64,000 bases of DNA from the NCBI GenBank assembly GCA_017654855.1, contig CM030335.1, positions 1 to 64,000 on the forward strand. Reading direction: 5' to 3'. Made by a program: the position numbers and the translations under genes. Numbering within the stretch: the first letter of the stretch is position 1; the number at the start of each line of letters is the position of its first letter. This stretch comes from Podospora anserina (lineage: Eukaryota). The notes under the pieces are model-generated. The model had not been told where the DNA came from and did not search any database. It worked only from the letters and a program-made list of their open reading frames with translations. Of this stretch, positions 51,460 through 64,000 are shown piece by piece.

Positions 51460-54400
51460 ATGGCCGACGTACTGCTCTTCCCCGGCCAGGGGTCGACCTC
51501 ACACTTTTCAGACCACGAGACTATCCATCAAATCCTGGACCAGCTTGGACAAGAGCAAGCCGTCTTTGATGGTTTTGTCCAAAGCTGCAAAGATCACTTC
51601 CAAGAGGAATACAACGCCCTTTCTCCAGAAGATCAATCATCAGTTGGGAATCCTCAGGATATCACCGATTTTGTCCAAGACAGCAAAACATTTCTCACAC
51701 CACCACCAGCCCTGCAGTCTCACCCTATCTTTGAGACAACCACATTGTTCATTAGACAGGTCTTGGAACTGATGTTATACCAGTCCCGAAGTGACGGGTC
51801 AGATCAGCCCGTTGAAACAGCAGGCGTCTGCACAGGTGTCTTACCCGCTGCCCTTGCTGCATCTTACCCATCCTACCTGTCCCCGCAGTTCGTCCGGGCA
51901 GCCGCCCAGTCTTATCGACTTGCCTTTTGGATCGGTCTTAGAGTGTCTCAATTTTGCAGCAAAGCAGCTGCTGATACATGGCGCGATCTTCCATGGGCAT
52001 TAAGTATTTTTGGCTTGCCTGTTGACCAGGTAGAGAGGACACTCACCCAATACATTGACGAGATGGTATGGTACCTGATATCTAATGATCCTTACCTGGG
52101 TAGCAACTACTGACATGTGATGTATTTGTTTTTCAGAGCACTACGCCGACTCCTCGGATCTCTGCAGTCTTTGCTGCCGACAACATTTCCCTCTCTGGTA
52201 GCGGCCCATCGCTATCACAGTTCAAGACCATTGCAGCCTCACAGCATCCCTCAGCACATTTCCGATCACCTCACGTGCATGGTTACTACCACGGTGGCGC
52301 TGAGAGCGTTTGTCTGGTGAACCAAGTACTCCAGGACGTCCAAACAAGAGAGATCACCTTCCCTACCTGGCAATGCCTTCAAATTCCCCTTCGGTCCGTC
52401 GCTACCGGACAGTTACTTGATCCTATTGCCGCGGCCGCCAGCGGCTCCTCTCTTCTCGAAGTTGTCCTCCATAGCGTCTTTGTCGAAACTGTCGGATGGC
52501 TATACACAATCGGCTCTTTGACCCAATCACTCAGAGAAGGACTGGACAAGGATCCAGACACTCAATACAGGGTCATCGGCATGGGTCCTAACGCCGGCTC
52601 CTTGGTGAGAGACTTGAGAACGAGCATGCTAACTTCAAAAGTAAGCATCATCGAATCTTTTGGAGACTTTGCACTCAACAGCCCCCCCGAATCGTATGCC
52701 ATTGTTGGGTTGTCTGTCAACTACCCAAAGGGAAATGGCCTGGATGAGTTTTGGGAGACCCTGGTGAGAGGAGAATCCACTCTCTCTACTGTAAGTCAAC
52801 AGCAGTGATTGTGCACATGGCCTCGGCGCTAACATGAGACCAGATTCCTGACAATCGTTTCGACATCACCAGCTATGGAAATAAGGATGACGGCAAAGGG
52901 AAGCCAAAACCTACACCCAACCATGGAAACTTTTTGGATGACGCATTCAAGTTTGACGCCGCCTACTTCAACATCTCACCAAGGGAGGCAAAGTGCATGG
53001 ACCCCCAACAGCGCCTTCTTCTTCATGTTGCAGCAGGAGCTTTGGAAGATGCTGGCTACAGCCCCAACTCGACACCGACCTTCATCAAGGACAAGTTTGG
53101 AGTTTTTGTTGGTGTGGCTACAGGAGACTATGTTGACAATCTGAGGGAGGACATCGATGTTTACTACAGTCCTGGAACGCTCCGCGCCTTCCTAAGCGGC
53201 CGCATTTCTTATGCGCTAGGCCTCAAGGGACCATCGATAGTGTTCGACACGGCTTGCTCTTCATCCACGGTCGCACTGCACCACGCGTGCCAGTCTCTCA
53301 AGTCAGGGGAGTGCACGGTTGCCCTGGCGGGTGGCATAAATGTAATGTCGAGTCCCTACATGCACTTGGGGTTGTCTCGTGCACACTTCCTGTCACCCAC
53401 GGGTCAGTGCAAGCCTTTCGATGTTTCGGCGGATGGATACTGCCGAGCAGAAGGAGCTGGCCTAGTCGTCGTCAAGAAACTCTCGGATGCTATTCGTGAA
53501 GGGGACCACATCCACGGCGTTATTCGTGGAATGGGTCTCAACCAGTGCGGCACTGCCAAATCCATCACCCATCCAGACGCTGCTACTCAGGCCGAGCTGT
53601 TCAACGAAGTCCTCTCTCGCAACCACATCGACCCAGACAGCATCTCACTGGTAGAGACTCATGGCACCGGAACACAAGCAGGGGACTTTGCCGAGATTAC
53701 GAGTCTACAGTCCACCTTTGGCATGAGAGCTCCTGATAACCCCCTATACATCTCGAGTGTGAAGGGAAATATTGGTCATGCGGAAGCGGCATCAGGACTT
53801 GCTGGTCTGACCAAGTTGCTGCTTGCCATGAGGGAGAAGAAGCTGCCACCACAGGCATCTTTCAAGACACTCAACCCTCGGCTTAAGAGCATCCGGGAGC
53901 ACAACATTGTCATCCCCACCGTTCTGACCGATTGGACCACGAGAGACAAGACCCCAAGACGGGCACTCCTCAACAACTTTGGTGCTGCAGGCTCCAATGC
54001 CGCGCTGGTACTTGAGGAATACACCGGCAACACCCAGAAGCTGGTGAAGGCCGGTCGGAATAAAGCCGAGAAGGTGTCTAGATCGTCTCATATCCTCAAC
54101 ATCTCGGCCAAAACTCCGGCTGCACTGGAACATCTCAGAGAAGAGTACATCAGCTACATCAAGACATACCCCAATGTTAAGATAGAGGATCTGTGCTACA
54201 CAGCCACCGCACGGAAGAGAAATGAAGGATACGCCCACAGAATCTCCGTCCTTGGCTCCAACGTGCAGCAGCTCGAGTCGCAGCTGAGACAGGAAGCGGT
54301 CACCCAGGTCGCCAATCTCAAGGTTGCCGGTCACCGAAAGACGTTGTTTGTGTTTTCTGGTCAGGGTGGCATCTACGCCGGCATGGGTGGTGAGCTTCTG

Positions 54401-57400
54401 CTGACTTCGCCACGATTCCGATCTGCAGTGGAGAGGTGTGATGGAATTCTTACCGCAAATGGTTTCCCTGCTGTCTCGTCGTACCTCTTGGACTCGGAGA
54501 GCTGGAGAGCAGAACCCAAACCTGTGGTGGAACAAAGCGCCTGTTTTGTTATCGAGTACGCGCTGGCTCAGATGTTCATTCACTGGGGCCTCAAGCCGGA
54601 TGCTGTCGTTGGGCACAGCATCGGAGAATACGCTGCTCTCGTGACAGCGGGCGCCCTGACTCTGGAGGATGGCCTTTTGTTTGTTGCCAAGCGCGCCAGT
54701 TTGATGACAGCCAAATGCCCAGCTGCTTCGTCCGGGATGATGGCCTGCGCATTGCCGGCGCGTGAGATAGAGTGTCTCCTCTCACAACACGGGTTTCCAG
54801 CTCTTAGTGTCGCCTGCGAGAACAGCCCAAAAGATTCTGTGGTTGCTGGGTCTCTCGATGAACTCACCAGATTCGGTGAGTTTGCAAGGGCCAACAAAAT
54901 CAAGAATAAGTTGCTCGAAGTGGCCTACGGCTTTCATTCTCCTGCCATGGACCCCATTTTGGAGGAGATTGAAGCACATGCCGCGACTCTACGCCCCTGT
55001 CTGAGAGCAGAAGGTGCCGTCGACGTTGGCTTGAGCACTTATGGCAGACTCTTGGAGGCAGGGGAGCAGATCACATCTGCCTATTTTGCCAAGCAGACCA
55101 GGGGTACAGTGCAGTTCTCTCAGGTCGCACAGAAACTGGCGACAAAGCTGAACGGTAACAACGTGACGGTCCTTGAAGCCGGGTCATCTCCCATCACGCT
55201 CCCCATGGTGAAGGCAGCCTTCGACCCAAGCACGTCCCTTCTCCTTCCTTCTCTGCGTCCAAAGGATAAGCCATGGGTGGCACTGTGCACCATGTTGCGA
55301 ACGCTCTTTCTCCACGGTGTGCCTGTCAAATGGAGAGAGGTATACGACACTTCTAGCAGGATGTTGTACCCCTTCCCACAGTATCCGCTCTATGGCGCCG
55401 AGTTTCTCATTCCGTTTCAAGAGCTTAAGAATGAAGTCGAGCTGGAGGGCTCTCTCCCGGCTTCGCCAGAGCCCTTGTTCGAGTTTCTCACTTCTAGGGG
55501 GTCATCGCCCCCAGACAAGCCAGAAATCACGTCGTTTTCAACCCCAGTCAAGCAATTGGCGCCATTCATCAAGGCCCACGCAGTAGGAAACACTCCTCTG
55601 TGTCCCGCCTCGGTCTTCATGGAGTATGCGCTAGAGGGTGCTGTGGTGACGGACGATTCCCTTGCCAAAGCAACCATAGCTATGGAGGATATCACTTTCG
55701 ACAAGCCTCTTGTATACGACGACAACTCGCCACCTTCGGACCTGCAGCTACAGCTAGATCGCTCTCAGCAAGAGGGACAGATTTTCAGTTTCATGAGCGG
55801 AGCAAACCATGTTCACTGCTCTGGCACCCTTCGGCAAGCTTCGACCAAGTTTGTTTCGACCATCTTCTCACGCAAGGAAGCTTTTGTGAGACGTCAGAAA
55901 ATGACTTCGTTCGAGTTTGGCGGCCGAGAGAATGCTAACTCCTTTTCCTCGCGTACCATCTACGAGCTCATCTTCCCGCGTGTGGTCGCCTATTCAGACC
56001 CTTTCCTCACTTTGGACCGCCTTACGGTGAGCTCTACGGGTTTGGAAGGCTTTGGGCAGTTCCGCGTGAGTGGCCTATCACTCCAGGGCAGCTTTGTCTG
56101 TGCGCCCGCCTTCATCGATACCATGCTCCACGCCGCTGGGTTTATCGCCAACATCAAGGTCAATGACCAAACGGCATGCATCTGCACAAAGGTTGACCTG
56201 GCCATCTTACCAGAAGACAGCAATGATGTGTACGAGCGGGACCTGGACATTTACTGCAGTCTTGTGGACTTGGATGATGCCATTGTGGCAGATGCCTACG
56301 TGATGACAGAAGATGGCAAGGTGGTGAGTTGCGTGGAGGGCATGTCGTTCCGAAAGATCAACAAGGCTGGGTTCAAAGCAAGCCTGGCGAGGGCGGCAGG
56401 CAAGTCTGCTCCTGCAACGTCCAAGCGGGTAGCTGCTCCAGTTCCGGCCAAGAGAGCTCCTGGTCAGAAGCAGGAGCATGCTGCACGAGTTGAGCAGACA
56501 CGGCAGTCGCCCCACATTGAACAGACCGTTATGGCAATGATCAAAGAAGTCTGTGGGGCTGGCGATGACACCCGGATGAGTACTACTCTTTCGGAGATGG
56601 GCGTTGACAGTCTCCTGTTCATCGAGCTGGCCGACGCCATCAGGCGTCAGCTTCCCTCTCTCCAAATTTCAACACATGAACTCGAGGCTTGCAATGCAGT
56701 CGGAGATCTGATGAACGTCATCAAGAAGGCTTCTGCCTCCGGTGTCACGACGACGCACTCCTCGCCCTCCGTGTCCGAAGATGGCAGGGCGACCTTCTCT
56801 GACGCCTCCACGAATTCCATCTCTACGCCTGTCACACCTCCTGACGGCGAAGAGACCAGCATCAAAGATCTCTTGGAAGATATCTGCGGACTGGATATCG
56901 CGGGGGTGGACAAGACAGCCCCACTGTCTACTCTCGGGATTGACTCGTTGCTCTCTATTGAGCTGCAAGAGGAACTGCAATCCCGTCTTGGTCTTACCAT
57001 CGACAACGGCCATGAAGGCATATCCGAGCTGAGAGTTGTCGACTTGGAGGTGCTGTATGCCAAGAAGCTTGCATCTCATCGTAGCCAGGGGCAGCTTCAG
57101 GGATTGGGTATCCGGCACACCACCGGGACCACCCCACCCCCCCATGCTTCCCAACGTGGTTTGGAGTCGGGCAATGACAGTGACTTCCCCACTCAACTGC
57201 AGACACAACAGTCGGATTCTCCCAAAGCCCCGTTGTACCTGTTCCATGATGGCAGCGGGTTGAGTAGCATGTACCGCCACCTCGACAATCTGAACCGCAA
57301 CATCTACGGGATTTACAGTATCGACGGCTCACATCCCGCAGAGAAACAGGCAAAGACAATACAAGAGCTCGCAGCGCTCTACATAGACAAGGCAAAGCTG

Positions 57401-58067
57401 TCAAAGCAGCCCGAGATTCTCCTCGGTGGTAAGTTTCCCCGAAAAGCCGCCCCGTTCGTGACAGGTTTCTAACCCGTTAAAAATAGGCTGGTCCTTTGGC
57501 GGTGTGCTCGCCTTCGAAGTCTCCCGACAACTTCGCGCCCACCACCCCAACGTCACCGTCAAAGGTGTCATCCTGATCGACTCCCCCCTGCCGATCAATC
57601 ATGACCCTCTTCCTCAACAAGTCATTTTGCACGTTGTAGGCAGCAAAGGACGAGACTCTCCCCTGCGAAAGCAGATCCAAGCGCAGTTCTCACGCCATGC
57701 CGGCATGTTGGAACGGTACAGTCGGCGGCAACTTGAAGACATCAAGGGCGGAGGCGTGCCCTGCGCCATGCTCTTCTGCACCAAGACCATGAACACCGAG
57801 CAGGCATGCGGGGTAACGTATCCCTGGTTGAGTGATGGTGAGTACCGGTCCAAGGCGGTCGAGAGGTGGGAGACGGTCGTCGGGAGAAGATTGTTGGTTT
57901 TGGACCTGGACTGTAATCACTTTGAGGTTTTTGAGGATGGAAATGTGAGTGATTGTCAACAATACTTCGTTCTTTGTCAAGTGAAGAGATGCTGACGATC
58001 TGAGTAGATTGCTGAAGTATCAGAGAAGCTGGGGGGCGCATGTGCTTTGTTGGAAGGTCGATCTTGA
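51460..58067 (+). CDS. Non-reducing polyketide synthase SAT-KS-AT-PT-ACP-ACP-TE (orsellinic-acid-synthase-like)
   Basis: Exons 51460-52065, 52137-52790, 52844-57428, 57487-57944 and 58008-58067, all GT-AG. SAT FPGQG/GVCTG/HGYYH; KS DTACSSS, ETHGTGT, GNIGH; AT GHSIG; PT KAHAVG...DTMLH; ACPs GVDSL and GIDSL; TE GWSFGG...CNHF. No C-methyltransferase, KR or ER. Confidence 0.97.
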
Positions 58068-58464
58068 TTACCTCCTACCAGCTGGTACCGGGAACAGATT
58101 TTGAGAATGATTGTTGAAGAAAGTGGCTTGCCAGAGGGAAAAGAAGGGAGTAGACATCAAGGGTGGCAATTTCATATACATAGGCACCTCATATTCAATG
58201 TCGGACGAGTATGACCCTGTATGTAAGACTGCACATGGTTTCAGGTCCAACTGGTACAACGTGTAGGCGAACTATTGGGTGCGAGAAGCCCGTGCCACTG
58301 CATTGCGACTCTTGAGTACCTACACGCGTCTGTAAGCGGATATTCTAGCGATGTGAGGACGTTTGTGTAGTATTGAGTAGAGGTGACGCGTCAATTTCCG
58401 TACCCCGACGGAAATATTACTCTCCAGTCAACCGACTAACATTGCTAAGGTACCTAACCGATGA

Positions 58465-58500
58465 GTGTTGACAGCAGGGTCTCGGGCCTGCTGTCAACAC
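58465..58500. promoter_or_regulatory. Perfect 14-bp inverted repeat upstream of the monooxygenase TATA box
   Basis: GTGTTGACAGCAGG-(8 nt)-CCTGCTGTCAACAC; TATAAA at 58523; ATG at 58590. Confidence 0.6.
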
Positions 58501-58589
58501 CGAGGGCCGAGGGAAGTCCGTGTATAAAGGTGGTGGTGCACAGCGGCTTTCAGATGTCCCATCCTGTGCTCGATACCATCGCGTTCTCG

Positions 58590-59829
58590 ATGTCTACCCC
58601 ACATATTGCCATAATTGGCGCCGGCCCATGCGGGCTCACGCTCGCGCAGCTTCTCGAGCGCAAAGGAATCGCAAACTACATCGTCTACGAGCGAGATGAC
58701 AGCCCTAACTACAATCGTGCGGGGGGCAGCCTAGACATTCATCCCGAAACAGGCCAACGCGCCCTTCGAGAAGCCGGTTTATTCGACAAGTTCAAGGAGT
58801 GTGCGAGGTATGCCGACACTGCCTTTGCACTGGGCGACAAAAATGGCAACAGGATATTCCAAATGGGCGAAGGACGTGACGCCCCTGAGATCGACCGCGC
58901 CGAACTCCGCAAAATTCTGCTCGATGCTGTGCCCGAGGGCAAGATCAGGTGGGGGCATATTTTGAAAGAAGTGACGTTTGGAGATGATGGAAGGCCTCGG
59001 TTACGCTTTGAAAATGGGACAGTTTTGTCTGGGGTCAGGCTTGTTGTTGGAGCCGATGGGGCATGGAGCAAGGTGCGGCGGGTGGTAAGAAATCCCAGTC
59101 TCCTATCTAGTACCTATATACGACACTGACTACCTTACCTTCGTCGCCTAGATCACGAAAGCTACACCCCAGTTCGCTGGAAAAGCCTATCTCGAAGGAA
59201 GGATCCGCCGTGACAACCCACTCTACAAAACCATGGATGGGGAATTTGGCCCCGGAATGTACCTGGCCATCGGTGACAAAAAGATCACCATCACACAGAG
59301 GCAAGGCGACGGTTCCTACCGCATCTATTTTGGATTCCAAACTCCGGAGCATTTCTTCCGCACGCTCGACCTCCGAAACGTTGAAGCCATTCGCGAGATG
59401 TTGCTTTCTTCCAAGTATTATGGAGATTGGGCAGAGGGAACCAAAGACCTCATCCGCCACGCAACCGACTTCTGGGCTTGGTCGCTATACACATTGTCGA
59501 AAGAGGACCTGAGCTGGAAGTCAGTCTCAGGAGCAACCCTCTGCGGCGACGCTGCTCATGTGACCGTCCCGAATGGAGAGGGGGTCAATCTCGCAATGGC
59601 GGACGCGTTGGAGTTAGCCACCAGCATTGTACAGCACGGGGTCGAAGAACTAAATGAAGCGGTTGCAGAATACGAGAAAGGCATGCTCGGGCGTGGTGCT
59701 GAAACGATTGCTCAGGGGGAGATGATGACTGAAGCTATGTTTGTGGAACGACCAGAGATCTTTGTCCAAAAGTTTGGCCCGATCATGGGACTGAATAATG
59801 GAGCCGGTCAAGAAGGGCAGGTAAGGTAG
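58590..59829 (+). CDS. FAD-dependent monooxygenase (TetX/aromatic hydroxylase-like), ~390 aa
   Basis: IIGAGPCGL, GGSLD, VGADGAWSKVR, CGDAAH...GEGVNLAMADA; intron 59085-59151. Confidence 0.94.
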
Positions 59830-60379
59830 GTAGGTACCTTAGGTAGTAGGTAGAGCTGTTAGTCACCCGTAGACAACATGGATGATGAGGTTTGTTCATG
59901 ATTTCGAATCGGGTCTTCGTTCCTCCGGTTGAGGGTACATTCATTGCGTTCAATTCTTCCCCTGGTCTTCGCTACCTATTTTTTTGGAGAGGTCCCGCAT
60001 CGCCACTTCGCGTGGGTCTTGGCAATCCGGTGATGGTCTCACGCGTTCGGGATGGGCCGACCTGAAAGATGGCTAACAATATTGATGACATTGCTGTTGG
60101 CACAGGGCATCCCATTGCATCTCCTTGAAACAGATGACATCATTCCACCTCAATGGCGGATAAAAAAGTCCCGGAGCAGTGGATACTGCCGGGCCGCTCC
60201 ACATGCTAGCGCCCACGAAGTGGAACATCACCAGTTCTTCTCTTCTTCGAAACCGGGGTGGTGAATCTTGGCTCAGGGTCGATTTCAAAGCAAAGTGGGT
60301 CTTTTCGACGAGTTTCGGTCTGAAGTTTGGGTATAAAAAGACTTTGCTGATGGTCAAGAAGTATGTTGTAATTAACTAA

Positions 60380-61736
<1,357 letters not shown>

Positions 61737-62028
61737 GAAGAAGACCTCCAACACAAAGGACAAGATAACACAAATTTACTGGTCTGCATGATCACGCGGG
61801 TAGCGGTTGATGCTTCTGACAAAAAAGAGTACATTTTCCAAGAAGTTATTTTCAAGCTTTAACCCAAACATACCCTGAGCTCCCTTTGCTGTGTTGAAGC
61901 CCTGGAAGGCCTTTAAATGCCCGTCGAAGCCAGTGTTGAATGCCTACCTACCTGCCCGGCTCCAGTGTATCATGGTTCCCAACCATAACTCCACAACAAA
62001 TCATAACGACTAACTACATGTCTATACC

Positions 62029-64000
62029 TTATACCGGGACCAGAAAGCCATCAAAGTACCCCCCGATCTTCTCCGGCTCATGCGGAAACGCAGTCACCCC
62101 AACCCACAGATCAGGTCTGATGACCACCACGCCCCCCTTGGTATGGTTAGCCCCATATGTCGTGTGCGCATCTTCGTCAGGTTGCCTATCATCAAACACC
62201 ACCTTTGCTCCAAGCTTATGCGTAAGATCATCAAGCAGAGCGTCATCGCCTGCCTCAAATGGCATGCGTTTCACCACCACCGTCAAGGTAAACCTGTCTT
62301 GGCCACCATAACGAGTCCAGAAACCAGTCTTGCTTGACAGCACAGATGACAACTTTGCTATGTTGTTGCGGACCTGCTCTCCCCTAAATGAGGAACCGAA
62401 GACCAGGATGTGGAATTTCGGTGGTCCCTCGAACAGGTCGTAGAGATACCCGGTCTGGTTATCAGAAAAACAGAGACGGGGGTTGGGCGCCCTGACGCCG
62501 TTGTTGAGCTTGACCGGGGCCGGTGAAGAGAGGAGGGGGGCGGTTTGGGGAGCAATGGGAGATGTTGCGTAAGGGCAATCGACACCCAGGAGGAACTGCC
62601 CATGAGCTTGGAAGAACTTGGCGAGGAAGTTCAAGGCATCTTCTTGTGTTCGTGGAGGAGAATCTGCTGACGCAGAAGTAGACTCGACGTGGAGGTGGAC
62701 TTGCTTGCTGTCGCCGTTGGCGTCACTGCTGTGGCCGTTGACTCCGTTGGTGTGCCCGTTGGTGTGCCCGTTGGTGTGCCCGTTGGTTTGGTGGCCGTTT
62801 GCCTTGGAGCTTGATCCGAGCGCGTCAAAATTGCGAAGGTTGGGCACAGGCATGGCTGAACCAGTGACAAAGCGAAGGTATGCTCCCGAAACCTCAATTA
62901 CACGAACTGCGTGCTCTCTTCGCTCCAGGCTGTATGTTGGAAGAAGAGCCTGTGGATCAGCAAGGTTTTTGGCGGCGAGACCCAGCTTCCATGCGAGGTT
63001 GGCTGCATCGAGAATGGATGCATTTAGCCCAAATGCACCCATGACGCTATGGACGTGACTATTGCATGGTCAATCTTTGTATGGATAGGTAGTAGGCACT
63101 TGGTAAGAGATTACTCACGCTGCATCACCGACCAGGTGGACTCGGTTGTCATGGGACGAATAAGAACGAGCCACTCGCTCAGAGACTGTAAAGTTTTCGT
63201 GTTGTCAGTCCCGATAGACAGCTAGGGGCAGTTGAGACCAAGACCTACTCTTCCAGATGGCAAACCAACTAAGTGGTGCTGCAAACTTCAGCTTGTAAGG
63301 GGCAAAAATTCTGTTGGCTTGTTCCAAAACTTCTTCAGGGGTGACGGTCTCAATCTCGACGCGTCCGCCAGCCTCTGCAAATGATGCGTCACTTTGCTGC
63401 CTTGCAGCTGCGATGGGCCCGGTCTGCGAAACATCCAGCTGGGTGTACAATCTTGGCCAGGCGTTAGCTCATAGACCTTAACTTTCCCTCGATTGAATCA
63501 TAAGAGCGTACCTGATGTACCCATCTTCTCTTGGGATAATAACACAGCCTCCATGCTTGGAACTGATTACCGACCTGTTTCTGAGGTGTCAGCGCCCATC
63601 ACGATGCGCATACTAGGAGCCAACAACAAGGCATACCCGAATACCCAGGCGTGGGGGTAGTCAGTTTCAAAAACGCAGTCCATAATACCCCAGTAAATAT
63701 CTGTGCTGACACCATCAAACGGAATGCTCAAGCTTTTCCGGATGGAACTCGCAGCACCATCGCTTCCAACCAAGTATTTTGCGCGCACAATGTCCTCCTG
63801 TCCTGTCCGCTCATTCTTGACCGTAGCTCTGACCGGATATTCACCTTGGCCCTCTACCGTGTACTTGGACAGGATTCGTTCTCGCTCGACCAAGGACTTG
63901 TGCCTGGCCAAGTCCCGGATAAAGATTCGTTCGATCTGACCCTGCGTGATGATATGCAATCCTCGATAGCGCGAATCACACTGATGAGAACGGTTGAACA
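62029..64000 (-). CDS. Phenol-2-monooxygenase-like FAD monooxygenase (5' end outside the window)
   Basis: YLVGSDGAAS, GDAAH...GAFGLNASILDAANLAWKL, C-terminal VIRPDLWVG thioredoxin-like tail. Introns at about 63059-63118, 63187-63249, 63452-63511 and 63566-63635. Confidence 0.92.

Overview
Left end of a filamentous-ascomycete chromosome. Organism is probably Podospora or another Sordariales fungus; this is an inference from crapaud-like LTRs that share a conserved 3' half. Bases 1-125 are a (CCCTAA)n telomere. Bases ~126-43,500 are very AT-rich, RIP-mutated subtelomere. It begins with a terminal cassette: a ~30-bp-monomer minisatellite, a RIP-destroyed telomere-linked RecQ helicase (TLH) gene whose middle third carries a tyrosine-recombinase-like R-K-RH-H-Y motif set, a divergently transcribed DUF3716-like gene, a 14-copy 202-bp array and a ~103-bp palindrome-containing end cap. 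Nested Copia and Gypsy LTR retrotransposons and solo LTRs follow. The array+cap end recurs three times with the same sharp right boundary, each time fused to unrelated truncated DNA, which suggests repeated replacement of the chromosome tip by this cassette. Two RIP-mutated tRNA-like units are split apart by a three-level retrotransposon nest. From ~43,500 the DNA is un-RIPed and holds a secondary-metabolite cluster: two SDRs, an A-T-R NRPS-like reductase, an SAT-KS-AT-PT-ACP-ACP-TE non-reducing PKS, two flavin monooxygenases (one partial) and an old yellow enzyme. All 'de-RIPed' translations were made by eye, reverting T->C and A->G, and are reconstructions rather than database results.
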